A stretch of DNA of 64,000 nt from Camelus ferus (lineage: Eukaryota): the NCBI RefSeq assembly GCF_009834535.1, contig NC_045696.1, forward strand, positions 7,566,001 through 7,630,000. Direction: 5' to 3'. Below are positions 36,507-50,669 of the stretch, in pieces. Each line of letters starts with the position of its first letter. Positions within the stretch are counted from its first letter, which is position 1. Below the pieces are notes generated by a model that saw nothing but the letters and a program-made list of their open reading frames with translations, was not told where the DNA came from and made no database searches. A program made the position numbers and the translations under genes.

Positions 36507-38588
36507 GTACGGAGGCTGGTATCCACAGAATGGTCTTTGGGCCTCTTTGACCGGATACCCTCTTTAAGGCTGTACGTGGGAACTTTGGAGAGTGTGTGTG
36601 GTGTGGATGCTTCTGGCCTTTGGCCGGGAATGTTTGTTGTTGGTGAGTGGAAGGTTGAGGTTGAGATCAGGGCTTTGCTGTCGCATGAATGTCCTGTTTC
36701 ACCAAAATACCTGAGAGGGAGGAATGAAGCAGAACAGCTGATTAAAAATTGCTGGTTAACCAAGAATTAGTCAAAACTTCTTTCTTGTTTCACTCTACCT
36801 ACTGGTAATAATCTTTCTAAAATCCATTAGTCCGCCCTCTTGCCTCCGAGCCCACTCTAGTTAATATAATTGAACTGTTATTTAATGTAGGGAATTGAGT
36901 GCCTTGGGGTGGTGTTTGCAAACATTAGTAACCGTCACGTTTAAATATTGTAGTTGATGTCGGGGATTTGCGTGGACGCTCAGCCACTGCTGGGGTAATG
37001 AGAACTGAAAACATCTTCAAGTCCTCAATTCCTTTATGATTTGTCACTCTTTAAAATCTAAGTGCTGAGAAAAATATCTCAAGTAAGAGGATACTGAAGC
37101 GATTTAGATCTATGGCAAATTAATACACAGGTAAAAACAAAACGGGAAAGGAAATAAAGGAAAAAGCTACTTTCCTTCCCATCTGAAGGGGCTCCTTCAG
37201 GTCATGTGCTGGGTTTTTTTTTTCCACCTTCTTTTTCCTTTTAGCTTTTTGTTTGTTTCAGCAAATAGTAGCAAGACAGACCACTTCAGAACTTCCGATC
37301 ATTTGCTGCAAATCTTTTAATGCCTTTGGGCAAAAGTGTTTGGCTTTAGACGAATGCTCACCCTTAAGGATTTGATGGTCTCATGAGAAACCAAGTAGAT
37401 ACAGGTATTTTGCCCAAAGTGGTTCCCAGGCTGAGTGTAACATTTTGTTTTGTTACCGGGATCTTTTTGAGTTTGAGAATTGTTTCCTTTCCTTTCCTTT
37501 TCTTTCTTTATTTTTTGGTGTGATTTATTTTCATTTCATGAGCCTCTCTCTAGCCATCCTAGAAACTGTCTCTTGGATTTTCTGACCAAACATTCTTTGA
37601 GGAGGCATAGCTTTGTTTCTTTGCTGTTCTGAAGCCTGCTCGTATGTTCTTAAATAATACTCAGACACAGGTGCATATAATTAAGAAATCTGGACATCAG
37701 GACAGATGAACAAGCAGGCTTCATGTGGACTGCAAACCACATGACAGTTTTTGGAAGCCTAATAAATGTTCCTCTTATCTTTTTCTTGGCAAATATGGTA
37801 ACTATAGTAACTGTGCATTCTCAGAAAATCCACTTAAAAACCTGACTTCCTAGAGCCATATTTCAGCTTTGGATAGTGAATTTTGCCACCCCTGTGCACA
37901 GACTTGTACTAGAAAATTGATTCGGCACCGTTGGCGATCCATTTCTCTGAGTTACATAGCAAATCTGCTTGTTGCACCATTTAAATTGACCCCATCACTG
38001 TCATAAAATTTGATACTGCGTGCGTTGCCCTAGGAAAAAAGGCAATCTGATGCAGCTTCAAAAATTCAGATTCAGAGGATTAGAATGTCATTTTTGACTT
38101 TAAATGACTTCCAGTCTCTGTGTGACAGGGTCACTCTTTTTTTTTACTTGGGCCTGTGTCACTACCATACCTCGCCGCCGAGATCAACAGATAAACGTTA
38201 GCACAGGCTGGTTAGTTTCCTCCTTCCCTGTTCAATTTCATAGTCTTCATCTTTGTCATGAATGGCGTAATGATGTAACCCAGTAAGAGGAGGCCAAGTA
38301 CTTCAAGGGCAAGCCACAGCTGCACGTGAGTGGTGGTCTCGCGGCCGAGGAGCTGACGTGGGGCCCTTTGCTGTGCAGCTTCACCCAGGAAAAGGGAGTC
38401 TTGGTGCAGTTGCTCTACCGGTCAGGTCTGCAGGGGAGATTTAAGGTGGTGGGTTCATGCTGACATTTGATGATCAAATGGACCAGGAGTTTGGCATGGG
38501 GTTGTCCAAATAGAGCCTCTGAAACTGATTTGAAATATTTTGTTTCCTTATTTAGCTTAGCACATGGCAGAAGAGGTTCTGCTTTTGT

Positions 38589-38735
38589 AGCCCGTTTTCT
38601 CAACCAGGCACCACTGACATTTTGGGCTGGATCCTTCTTTGTTGTGGGGTCGTCCCGCACCTTATGGGGTGTTGACAACACTACCTGCCAGATGCCAGCA
38701 GTGCCCTCCTCTCCCTGTTTGTGACTGGGGACACT
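38589..38735. mobile_element. MER20-type DNA transposon relic
   Basis: tttctcaaccaggcaccactgacattttgggctggat...tttgttgtgggg...agatgccagcag. Confidence 0.75.
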
Positions 38736-39820
38736 TTTAGTTCCGGCTTTTGGTCTGGTCTAAAAGCCAAGTTACAGAAATGGGCCCGTCACTACGGTAA
38801 CAGCATTACAGCCCGAGGATGAGACATGGGTCGGGTACCACAGAGGCCCAGGGGGCGGGTCCAGCACGCGCACGCTCCGTTCTGCCCTGCCTGCCTGAGC
38901 TGCAAAGGCAGATGTGGCCTCCCTTCTCACTTCCGTTGTACAGGCACCTGATCTTGAGACTGGCGATAGCACGCGCACGCAGTGTCAGCGCTGTCCTTTC
39001 CCTCACCTCCTGGAACCCCAGAGGCCTGCTTTTAGGGCGAGCCCTCCTTTTCTCCCCTGCATCTCTCAAATGCGACAGTGACTTCAGTCCCCCTCTGTGT
39101 ACTCGCTCAGCCCAGGAAGTTCATGTGCCATGCACCACGCTCGCCCCTGCTCCTTGGGCCCAGGTGGGGACAGAAGTTCACTCATTTGATTTCTACTACC
39201 TGTAGGAGGTAACCTCCAGGACAGTCCCATGCTCACGTGAATTTAACGTGACCCACCCTGTGCTGATGGACAGTACCAGCACTGGCTTTGTCCACTGGAG
39301 GGAGAGGCACACATTTTGGGTAAGAATGTGTAGGAGAAGGGGACTCAGTAGGATTCAGATACCTTAAAGGATCTCACTTTTCTGCCTCCTTCCTTTTCTA
39401 GGGCTGTTTAGAGGACAGATTTCCCTGCTGCTTCTGGCTGACAGTCGTAGGGGAAGCAGGCAGCCCTCCACTGAGCCGCTGGAGCATGGGCTCTCTGTTG
39501 GCTAGTCCTCCACAAACCTTTTCAGATTGGCTTCAACTTTCAACAATGGGATTGCTTTGGACTCTATCTGGGTAGTATTTTTGGTTTGGACAAGGCTTGA
39601 GTGGGATTTGAGAGATTTTAAGTTGCCCAAAGGCTGGCACTATGCTTTCTACTTTATAATGCTCTCGGGGCATCAGGCCTGGGGCTCTGCGTGCAGTAGA
39701 AACCCACAGCTAACCCCCTGCAGAAACAAAGGAAAATAAAATTAATGTGCTCAGTCTCTTCTAGTTACTCAGTATTCCGGCATCCTCCAGGCTCTCATGC
39801 CCGGTTCAAATCTGATCTCA

Positions 39821-39952
39821 AGAGAGCTGAAGTTCTAGTACATTCCTTCACACCAAGACACAGACTATTGATAGGAAGGTTCTCGTGCAGGGGAGCTAGA
39901 AGTTCCAGTATGTTCTTTCACACCAAGACACAGACTGCTGATAGGGGGTGCT
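39821..39952. repeat. Diverged ~70-bp tandem duplication
   Basis: TTCACACCAAGACACAGACT at 39847 and 39917 with similar flanks. Confidence 0.85.
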
Positions 39953-40513
39953 ACTTTAGTTTTAACTGCAACAAAGCCTGAACTAAATATAAATACATGA
40001 AGTTCCAAGTCTTATCAGGTGAAGGAGGGGGAGGGGGTAAGACTTTTTGGAGCCCCCACACCCCCCTCATCTATTTTAATTCCTGCAAACACTGTTAAAG
40101 CGATGTCTAAGGCCACTGCTGTCCCCATATTGTTTCCCAGTCGTTAGGCTGTTGGTAGACTAAGAGCTTCAAGCATGACCCACTGTGCCTCCCTGAGCTC
40201 AGTAGCAGGTGGAGTTGGGTCCTCAGCACAATCATATTCTTAACTGTTTGCTCGTGTAACCAAGTTTAGTGACTTGCCCAAGGTCCCGTGACTAGTTAGT
40301 GATAAAATTTGGGACCTGGAAAGTTGATTACTATCCAGGGTCATTTCCACCAGTACCCTTTCAGCCTCACAGCCACGTTTTTAACGGGCTTCCTTGAATC
40401 TTTTTATTGGTTGTTGCTACTTTCCAAATATTTAAGGTCAAAGTTTACATACTATTGGTAATGAGGACAACTCATGTTCAAGTTTTTAGAAAAACGGATA
40501 GACACTGTTTTTC

Positions 40514-40663
40514 TTTCTTTCTTTTTATTGAAGTAGAGTTGGTTTACAGTGTTGTGTTAATTTCTAGTATACAGCATAGTGATGCAGTCATACATATATA
40601 TATTCTTTTTCATATTCTTTTTCATTATAGGCTATTACAAGGTACTGAATATAGTTCCCGGTG
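40514..40663 (-). mobile_element. Short 5'-truncated L1 insertion
   Basis: T-rich tail plus L1 3' terminus. 13-bp TSD GACACTGTTTTTC at 40501-40513 and 40664-40676. Confidence 0.85.
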
Positions 40664-40727
40664 GACACTGTTTTTCATAATGTCTCTGACTGCCTCCGAT
40701 TTATGAAGTGGTGTCTTTTCCCCTCAG

Positions 40728-40910
40728 GTGCACTTGGAGCTACCCCCCAGCTCTCCAATAGTGCAAACTCAAGAGGATTTTGATCTGCTCAAATCGAACA
40801 ATAGCAGAAGATACGAGGTCCTTAAGGAGATCCTGACGACGCTGGGCCTAAGCTGTGACTTAACACAAGTTCCTGCCTTAACACCTATTTACTTACTGTC
40901 AGTGGCTGAG
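40728..40910 (+). CDS. HLCS: HLCS coding exon 5 (61 codons, [23 protein letters not shown]...YLLSVAE); gene continues beyond the window
   Basis: Acceptor ttttcccctcag|GTG and donor GAG|GTGAGT. 183 nt, phase 0-0. Peptide matches HLCS. Confidence 0.96.
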
Positions 40911-42081
40911 GTGAGTGTGCTGGCGAGGGAGGGGGCACCTCAGATGCCCTCCTTCAATACGGGGACCCTTTCCCCGATCGCTCTGTTGCAGTGGGTTTTG
41001 GTTTTGATTTCCATTTTGATTTTCTATTTCTGTTTTGACCTTAGGTTTGGAAACCATCTTAAAGTTGTCCAAGTATAACTAATTTTTTTGGTGTTTTACG
41101 TAAGGGAGGGAGAGAAGACTCTTGGAGTTTAGAGGGTGTTAAGTCTTAAAGTTATAGCCCTTTTCCATTTGAGGGGGAAAAGGATACCTGTTTTATGTGA
41201 CAGGAGTGTATTTGGAAACCACAGTTTATTCAGTTGGAATTAAAAACCTTTGTTTTGATTTGGGCCTTTCTCAGCGAATCTTTGGATGGGAAAATCACAG
41301 CTTTTTTTCATTTGTGCTAATGCCTGCCATCTTGTGGCAAAAAGGGCTCTTTTTTCCCCCTCCAGTTTCTATCTTTTAGTTTTGTCTGAAAGGAAGATGC
41401 CACGCAGTTGGGAGCTTGGTCAGGGACTCCCCTGACCGCCTTCTGCCTTTGGTGTCTTTGGTTCTTACCTGGCTGGGCCGGTTGTCAGTTTCTCCAGGTG
41501 TGTCTTCTCGATAATCTCTTTGCTTTGCCAAGCTGTCAACTTCTTATTAATTGTGGCAAGTTACTGTGTGGGTCTCTCTCTGTTGTCTCCCCTAAATAGA
41601 GAAATTTGTGAGTTTAGTGACATAAGTGTATAGTTGCAGCAAATACCTGACAGTCCAGGTGACTCTAAACACCAAACTTACCAGCTTTCCCTTGAAAGGA
41701 ACAAAGTACACCTCTTATCCCAACATATTTTTTTTTTAAAGAGAAGGGATTCCCTTTTGGGTCATCCTCTGTCCCTTGGCAGCTGACTTTTCAGAGGAGA
41801 GTAGAGCTGTGAGCTGTCTGAGCAGGATGGGCTCCCTTGGGGAACAGATATAAAATCTGAGGGCATTTAGGATTAGGATACCTCCTTATAGGGTCACTTG
41901 AGGACTAGATGAAATCATATATGTGGAATTTCTGTGCAAATTGTGTTATTTAAACCTTAGTGCAGTTATCATTACTATTATGTTATTATTATTGTTGTTG
42001 AGAGGTTGAGGACGTTAAAAGTGTATAATGTGTCTAATAGGTGCCTGGTGCCTAGTTTAAAAAGATTAAGTAATGTTTTTA

Positions 42082-42220
42082 TTTTTATTTTTTATATTTT
42101 TAGAGGAGCGGTAATTAGATATTTATTTGTTTATTTATCTTTAATGGAGGTGCTGGGGATTGAACCCAGGACCTTGTGCAAGCTAGGCATGTGCTCTACC
42201 ACTGAACTATAACCTCCCCC
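42082..42220 (-). mobile_element. tRNA-Ala-derived SINE (vic-1-like)
   Basis: Perfect 15-bp TSD TAAGTAATGTTTTTA at 42067-42081 and 42221-42235. Confidence 0.9.
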
Positions 42221-43107
42221 TAAGTAATGTTTTTAATTAAAAAAATTAAAACTGTAGTAATGGATGATTTTTTTCCACTTAAGAAACATTCATTGCATTT
42301 TCATTACATTTTTTTAACCAGTTTGCCCTCTTCTTAATGGGTGCTCTTGGGAATTAATGGTATGACTTTTGTTTGCACCCTGATCTCAGGACTCAAAGCT
42401 CCACATCATTTATCTCTGTTTTATGTGTTAAGTTAATAGAAGGAGAAGCATCACCTCCATCTTATGTCTTATATAAAAAAGTGTCAAAATAAATCTGGTC
42501 CTCAGAGCTTCAATGCTCATAGACCTCCCCCCTTGGAGAAATGGGGGCGGAGCCTTAAGAGTGAGGGTTTCTGGTCCCAGGAGATGTGGTTGTCACTCTC
42601 CCAGACCTTCTCTCTCCTTCCTTTCCTGAGTGTGGAGGGCTGAGGCTGGACGGGTGAGGGCATGCCTGCCTGCTCCAAGGTCAGGGAGCAAGTCAGACCC
42701 AGGCTTGCCCCTGGCAGTGCTCCTTGACCTTTCCTGGGAGTTCTTGTCTATGCTGGTTTTGGGACTAGTGCCTCTTGACTCCTGGACGCAGCAATGGAAA
42801 GGACAGAGTGACGTGCTCTCGTGTTATTCTCCTGTGAGCAGAAGTTTGGAACGCTCAGCTTTTCTTGTGTCTTCTGGTTGATGGGCGTGACCTGAGATAG
42901 TACCGAGGGCTTTGTATTGTGTGTCTGTCTTTGTTATAATACACGGTAGATGCTTCATATTTTTGTCCTTCTGGTTCTTTAAACTGCCTGGGGGTGGGAG
43001 GGGATACGTTTTCATCTATTGATTAGTAACCCCCATTCACAAATCATGGGAGTGCAAAGCTTGAACAACATTAAAGTAAATATGTGTTTTTTCCTGCCCA
43101 AGGATCT

Positions 43108-43259
43108 GTTTTTTTTTTTTTTTCTTTAGATTAAAAAAATTTTGTTTTGGGGGAGTAGGTAATTAGGTTTATCTATTTATTGATTACTTTTGGTGGCAAT
43201 ACTGGGGACTGAACCCAGGTGTATACACTCTACCACTGAGCTATACCCTCCTTTCCCCC
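43108..43259 (-). mobile_element. tRNA-Ala-derived SINE with an internal deletion in the anticodon arm
   Basis: Reverse B box GAACCCAGG is joined almost directly to CACTCTACCACTGAGCTATACC. Typical tail. Confidence 0.82.
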
Positions 43260-46200
43260 AAATAGCTGTTCTAAATACACATACACAAGCACGCTACATG
43301 GACCCCAAGCCGACCAAGCTCTTTATTCCATAATAGCTTTGGGAAAGAGTAATTTTCAGAAATGTTCACTTCTCGCTTCAGGTCTTCCACTTGGTCTGGT
43401 TGATCTTGCCCTACTTTTCCCTCCCAACTGCTTCTCTCTGAAGTCTGTTTTACTTTGGGAACCCAAGGAACTGAGAGTGAGTGTATATATATATCCTCAT
43501 TTTTCAGTGTTTATTAGCTCCTCTCGGGAAGACCTTGAATCTGCTGTAGGAGGAAACGTAGGAATTCAGGGTTTTAGAGTGTGTTTTCCTGGAATACAAG
43601 ATCTAGTGAAGGGTTCCTGTGCAGATGAATGCGAAGGTGGCTGCTCCCTGACTTTCTGGAGGCAGCCGAGAGATTCGTCGGGCGCCTCTTCTGATGCCGA
43701 GGTGCAGACATTTCGGGACACCTACCCAGTCATAGTGCTGGTGGCTCAGTGTTAAAGATATGGATGGCAGATTGGGGGTAGAACTGGATGGTACTTTGGT
43801 TTTCCTTCCTGAGCCTTCTTCGTAGACGTCGTCGCTCCCCATGGAGTTAAGTGACATGGAAAGGATCCCGGCCTCCCATCACCTGTTATACTCGGCCCAT
43901 CCTTAGATTTCTCACCTGCTTTATGGATAAGATGCCGGTGTGCTTCGTGCTGCCTGTGAAATGCTCTGTGCTGGTGGGACTGCGAGACCTCTCACCACAC
44001 GGTGTCGCTGCTGAGCCAGGCTGCCTGGGAAGCAGGCACCTGAGAACTATCAAGTAGTTCTTCAGAGATTTAATTTTTTTTCTCCCCATATGCGTTTTGC
44101 ATAGTATAATTGAGTAGTTTTCCACTATACTGGTGGCACTTTTCTTTTGGGCCTGAAGAAATTATTTCAGAGTCACAGTTAATAATATTCATCTTTCATT
44201 AAGCATTTTACTGTGTACTAGGTACTATTATAGGATGGACTATGAGAGAACAAAATAAACAGACTAGTTATCTAAATAGCTTTACTGCATACCAGCTGTG
44301 TTTATACAGTTTGGTGCCTCGACACTCGCTCTTTATAGCAAACAGCACGGAAGATTTATGAGGCACCCATGTACTTCCGTGTTACTGTGACATAAATGGA
44401 AAAAAATAGCCCATGATCCAAGTAGAAAAAAACACTCAACCCAAAGTACAGTCAGCCCTAGGCATGTGTGGGAGGTGTGTTCTGAGACCTGCAGCGACAC
44501 CCAGGCACCACGGTGGCATGTGATTTCTGCTATAAAATGCAGTCATGAGTGTCACCATGCATGTCACCACAGGAAGCGAGGCTCTGCTGAGGTGCACACT
44601 CTGGGTCTAACTGAGCTTTTCCCATTTAATCGAATCTCCCAGGGGCAGGATTGAAATTCAGGCCTCTGCAAAATTACAATACGTTGTAAACTATAAAACA
44701 CATGAGCACATGGACACCACGTGCTTATGTCTGTAGAAAAAAAGACTGGAAGAAAGTACAGTATATATGGAGGGTATATTTCTGGGTGGTGAGGTTAACA
44801 GTGATTTTACTAAACTTTAAAAAATTTCTTTCTCTTTTCCAAATTTTCTATTCTGAACAGGTATTATTTTTATAATGAGCAAAATCATTTATTAAAAATA
44901 AAAATAACAGTAAGACCTTGTTGTTTATCTACTTTGTAGACAGTAGTTTGTATCTGCTAATCACCTATCCTTCAATTAAAAAATTTAAAAATTGAAAGTT
45001 TATCATTGGACTTTGAAGGCATCCCATAAATGGTTTAAACTTGAATGATAAAAGGCAAGGACTCTGGTGTAAGTATTGATATTTTATTTAATGTTTGACA
45101 TCTATTAATTATTTTCAAAGGGTTAGCTTTGTTAGTAAATGACTTTACTCTGGTGGATGGCTAGTTACAGCTACAACTATTAGATTCAGTTGTTAGGTTT
45201 AAGCCCTCAGCTGTCTATTTGCTCCTGTGGCTGGAAGGTACTACTGGTGGTTTCTCCTAATTCGAGTGTCCCCACCCCTGCTTGGATGTAGCGGTTTCTT
45301 GACTGTTGAACTAGTTTGAACCATTTCTCGGAGGAGACCACGTACGTGCTGACACCTCCGTGTTGAGCCCTTTCAAATAGATAACTTCCATTCTGGAGTG
45401 CGGCTAGTCTCTAGCTGAGACTTAAGAGCGATGGGGTTGGTGGAGCGAGATGGCTGGGCGGCCACCTCACCCTCCGCCATCAATGGTGACAGGAAGTTAG
45501 CAAGGATACACCTTTCCTGTGGGGGACACCGGGGTGTTTGTGAGCGACACTGATTTTATAGAAAAGTCACAGTTCTTTCCCTGGCAGCACCTAAAGTCCA
45601 GTCGGTCCAGAAACTCGCTCTCTTGTTTCCATTTCTCCAGGCCCTGTTTCTATTTTTATCTCTCCCAGGGACATGGTAGAAAGAAGGAGGGTGTGCGGTG
45701 GAGTCCTCTGGGTTTCTGCCGAGAGGGGGCAGCTGGTTGATTTGGACAGGCCAGAACAGGTGGGGACAGATGCCTGCTGCCCCTGGAGGAGAGGGGGGAG
45801 GGGGGAGGGGGGAGGGGAGGGACGGGACCGTGCACAGCCCTCCGCAGAGGTCAGCAGCCTGGGAGGACTCAGCCTGCCCCCTTATCCTGGGACATCACCG
45901 CTTGGGTCTGGGGTCTGAAACTACAAAGCTGAGGTTCTCTGGGCGTCCCTCACAGCCAGTAGCTAGTGGTGTGGAGGTGATCCAAGCTGCAGAAGCTGGC
46001 AGGACATTGGCAGGAGTCCTGCCAGAGGGTATATGGTTCCTTTGCCTTGGGGTCAAGATGTCACCATAACAAGAAGTGACAACTCGATTTTGTTATTAAA
46101 GCAACTGGGCAAAAATCATCATGTGCGTGTGTGTAATTTTGGTGGTGTGGGAGTTGTGGGATGGATCACATGTGCTTAGAAACAAGAACAAGTATCACAT

Positions 46201-49200
46201 TTCACTTGGATTCAACCCCAAATTATCTGTTGTGAAACGTTTTTCCCCATCCCAAAACAGGTATTGCTGATAAGGATAGTTTTGATATTTGTAAACATAT
46301 CAGAAAACTCCTGGATTGGTCCTTCCACCTAAACGATGACTGGTTTTATGTCGGTTGCTTTATGAAGAAACTTAGACTAAATCATACCACATAGCACTCA
46401 CTCTTCCTCTGACCGACCACTTCGTTTAGCAAACATCCAAGTGCCTCCTAAGTGTGAGACCTTGCTGTGGAAGTTTCTGGAAAACAAGAGACAATTTCTT
46501 ATCTTGCTGGCACACGTTATAGTTCTACCAAGGGCCTTCCCAGGCGTCAGAGTCTCATCTGAGTCTCACGGGGGCCCTGCCATTGGGGAGAGGGCAGGGA
46601 GGGGTCCTTGCAAACTGGAATGTGGAGCAGCGAAGAAAAACTGAGTTTTTCTGAGTTACTTGGAATTCTCCAATTAAGAGAAAGAGTCTTTGCGTTCCAT
46701 TTCCTGAGCATAGCACTGGGCACGGAATCTTCCCTCCCACCACCTTTAATCCTAGTTCTCAATCTTGAAGGTACAGCGAGAGGGACACCTGAAATGCAGC
46801 TTTAAAAATAACTTTCAGAGATCCAAATGAGAGAGAAACTCCGAGTTCCAGGTGCGCCCTGAATAGCTCTTGACATGTGGCTGACGGGGTGTTGTGGCGG
46901 CCGTTTTACAATACGGCGCAGCTAAGGAGCAGCTGGCAGATTAAAGCAAACAGTTAAAAGCTTTTATAGCTACGAATGTTTTTAAGGGGCTTTCATATAC
47001 TTCTTTCTCTCCTTTCTTCCTTTGCCCTTTACCTAAACTGGAAACTTTTTGTTCATTTTAACTGACTTCCTGTTATCAAACATAATACGTATGGCAAAGG
47101 GGACACGATGAGTTTGACGTTGAAATGCCAAAGGAATAATACTTGGGATGTTTCCCTTAGCTGCCTTTATTTTATTCTTTTTTTTTTTTTGGTGGGGAGG
47201 GAGGCTTTTCAGCTACTGTATGTGCTGTATTTTTATTTGAATCTTGTTTCCACAAGAAAGTTTCAAAGTGACTCTGGGGTGAATACTTCTGGGCTCCAAT
47301 CAAGGTAGATGCTGGTCACTCATCGTGGGAGAGGCAGACAAACACAGCTTTAACTTCGGTGGTGCTCCACTTTAACTGGTGGGGCTCCGGCTGGGGTGTT
47401 CTCTGTGTTACAGTCTTGCTGGCTGACCTGGGGGAGGGAAAAGTGGGTTAGAGGGAGCATCTTCTTCGCAATTTCCTTCTGGGGAGAGCACCCTATCGAG
47501 GAAGGGTGGTTTTATCTCTGCGGACTATTTATATCCACCGTGGATGCAGTCACAGATTTGTGGAAGGGAAACAGGTTCTTTTGGAATAAAAAAGTCCTCC
47601 AAGACCAAATGCTTTCTGTCTTCTGCACCAGCTCTCTAATAGCTGCCATGTGTGAGCGGGTATGGATTGTGGCGTTACCTCCTGGGGAAGTCGATTGAAG
47701 CTGTCTCTCGGAAGTCTTGCAATGTCCTTAAGAACAGATTTTTTGTCTCCCAAGTCTAAAAAAATGCATCCTCGGGAATAAGCCCACACTGGTACCAGGT
47801 TAGAGGGCATGATCAAAGGGCCCCTATGATCAGGTGCAGAGCCGAGGCCGGGATCAAGGTGGACACAGCGGCAGGCTGGCCTGTGGTCACAGTGGGACCC
47901 TCAGAGCCCAGCTCTCCCGACTGCAGAACCTCCAGTCAGTTCAGGAATGTTGGGGCCTGAGACCCAAATCCCGTTTGATAAATGTTACAGTCTAGTTTTC
48001 AGGGACATGAATTACAGTTGGGGAGCACATTTTGTTTCCATTCGCAACAATAATTTGAGAATGTTGCTCCGAGAATTGTGCTGTCTTGAGAAAATGTTTG
48101 AGTGTTTCAGGGTTTCCAAATTGACAGGCAATTTGTGGACCCGAGTGGTGTTTAATCCTCCGTTTCCCCTGCCTGAGCAGGAAGGGTAGTGAAATTGGGG
48201 TACCGGGTGGCGGTGTTCCCGGGCTGGATCTCTGCAGGAAGGCTGGGTCAGGACAGGGCAAAGCTTTCTTTGGCTTCCTCATGAAAGCAGGCCAACTTGG
48301 CGGCAGGAAAACTTGGCCACTCGGCCAAGGTTAGTCTGCTGTCCACCAGTCTCTTTCTCTTGAAGATAAGAGGAGAATGCTGATCGCTTTCTTGGTTGTG
48401 TCGTTGGCATCATGGCTGCCAGAGTAGGTGCATTTTTCCAGGCACGTGTGTGCCACCCAGAGCCTTCCAGGTCCTTTGTGTTTCTGAGAAATTCAGTTCT
48501 GCCTGATCCCTCTGCTTGTGTTGTGAGTATTTTTCTTTCCTAAAATATTTTCAGGCTTTGGTTTACTAATGTAATCAGCAGAAGAAATATTGGCATGTAG
48601 ACTGTAATTTTGTTCTTATTGTTGGAGATACTGTCCCTCGTATAACATTCTAGAGATCAAACCCCATTTGATCAACTGAGGAACATGGCTTTAAATGGAA
48701 ACAATTTAGAGTCTTTAAAATACTTGCTTTCATTGACATTTTTTAGTGATGTTCGAATCTTGACAATTTAAAGATATGAACTGCTTTAATAAAAACTTTA
48801 AAAGAAAATGCTATAAGATTACTGAATTAGGATCTTTCTTGGTGGAGAAGTCTTTTTCCCATTTACCCCCCAGGATAAGAGAAGACTTAGATTATAATAT
48901 ATGGAGATTTCTGCTAAAAGGGAAATGTACTTTCTCATCAACACGTGGAGATTTACAATATTTTGTTGTATGGGTGTAAGTTCTCTGGCGTGTCTCTTGT
49001 TTGTCTGTCCGAGTGTGGTGAGATAGGGGTTATGGGCAAAGACAGGGATTGTATTGGCAGTCGGCTCCTGCACCTCCAAGATTTAAATTCAGATTCCAGA
49101 TTCCAGATAGAATCTCTTTCGAAGGTGGATTGCCTGATTCTGAACAGAAATGTGGCGGGACCATTAGTTACTGTCACTCACCATGAGTCTTTTCTGAGGC

Positions 49201-50669
49201 CTGAACTGTAAAAAACTTTTAGTTTAACCCTACTTACCTTCTGCAGGCAAACTAAAAGCTTGAAAAATTAAAATTAAAAGTGAATTTTCACAAGATTGTA
49301 AACTAACTATACCTCAATTAAAAAAAAGTGAATTTTCCTCTAAGACAACTTGTAAAGGGCTGTGTCTGCTTTTCTAAGGCACAGGCAAGTATTTGACAAA
49401 TTGTTCTCTTGTCTTTGAGGAAAAATGAATCCTACATACGGCCGTTATTAGAGAGTAATTGAATGATGTCACCAGTAATCCCCCTTCCTGTTTTTAATGT
49501 CAGTAAATAAGGAAATACATTTTTTAAAAGAAAACATCAAATTGTGGTTTCATAGGTTAAAGAATGATGCTTCATTTTTTGGGAGGTGAGGGTGGGGAGA
49601 GAGGGACTATCCAGACTTGTCTCTGCCCAGAATCGCCTGGATTATTACTCTAGACTGTTGCTTTCTATAGGCAACCTTGAGATACATGATGATTTAAGTT
49701 TTTCTGTGGCTTTTCAGTCCTTTAAAGGTCAAAGGTCTGTACTTTAGAAGATTCTCCTCTTTGCGTGTATTTTCCTGGTGATGGGATTAGGTCTGGCATG
49801 TCTCAGATTAGCCAAGTTTGTCACAGAACATGACCTCTTAAGGACACTGAATTCTCATTACCAAACCCTCTGTTCTGTCTGGGGAAGGTAGATGAAATGA
49901 CCTTTTAAACCCTTTCCAGGACTCCTGCAGTATTTACGCTAGTCCCAGCAAAGCAATTAGATGTGAAAAAAATAATTTTTTTTTAACTTATAAAGCAGTT
50001 CCTTTGAATGCATTCTTTTGTGAGAATTTGTATTACCATTTTCATCTCAATACTGGAGCAGTTTGAAATCATTGATAGATACTTTTTCTTAGTATAATTT
50101 AAGCATAATGAAAACATGTTCTGCTTTCTGCTTTATTTTATTTATTTCAGGCTCTTTCTCAAGTTAATCTTCCTGTCAGTTTAAGAAGTAACAATGCAAG
50201 AGATGGGAGCCTCAAATTTACAAACAAGTTGTGTTTTCAAAGTTCGTGTGCTAAATTGGCTGTTTTCCAGGCAGGGTCCCTGTCATTTAGGTCAGTTGGA
50301 TTTTCTTACCAGCTCATATATATTCTCATGCTCCCTGATGCACTTAAACCGTGGGAATGCCATCTTGTGGTACTGTTTCTGTCTAGAGTCTGGCTTGGTG
50401 GATCATGAACGCATTGGGAACTCATTGGGAACGCGGAGCATCTCTTTCTATTTCTCTAGTGTTTGACTCAGAATTTAACTGCTTTATTTCAGACATTTCT
50501 CGAAAACAGCCATGTTGGACACCTAGTGATACCATGGTGTATGTATATCCTTAGGGAGAATTAATGAATTTGCATTAGTAGGTTTTTTAATATTTAAGAA
50601 GACTTTTATATTTAAGGAAACATTTTTTTCTTCTTTTGCAGCAACTGCTGAATTGTGCACACAAGTAAA

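Noticed and set aside
35631..36763. Alternative-frame and antisense ORFs over exon 4
   Set aside because: Shadow ORFs of a GC-rich coding exon with no independent support.
36507..36770. C-terminal 87 codons of the 401-aa ORF (and likewise 40911-41078)
   Set aside because: These are intronic read-through past clear donors, and HLCS similarity stops at the donor.
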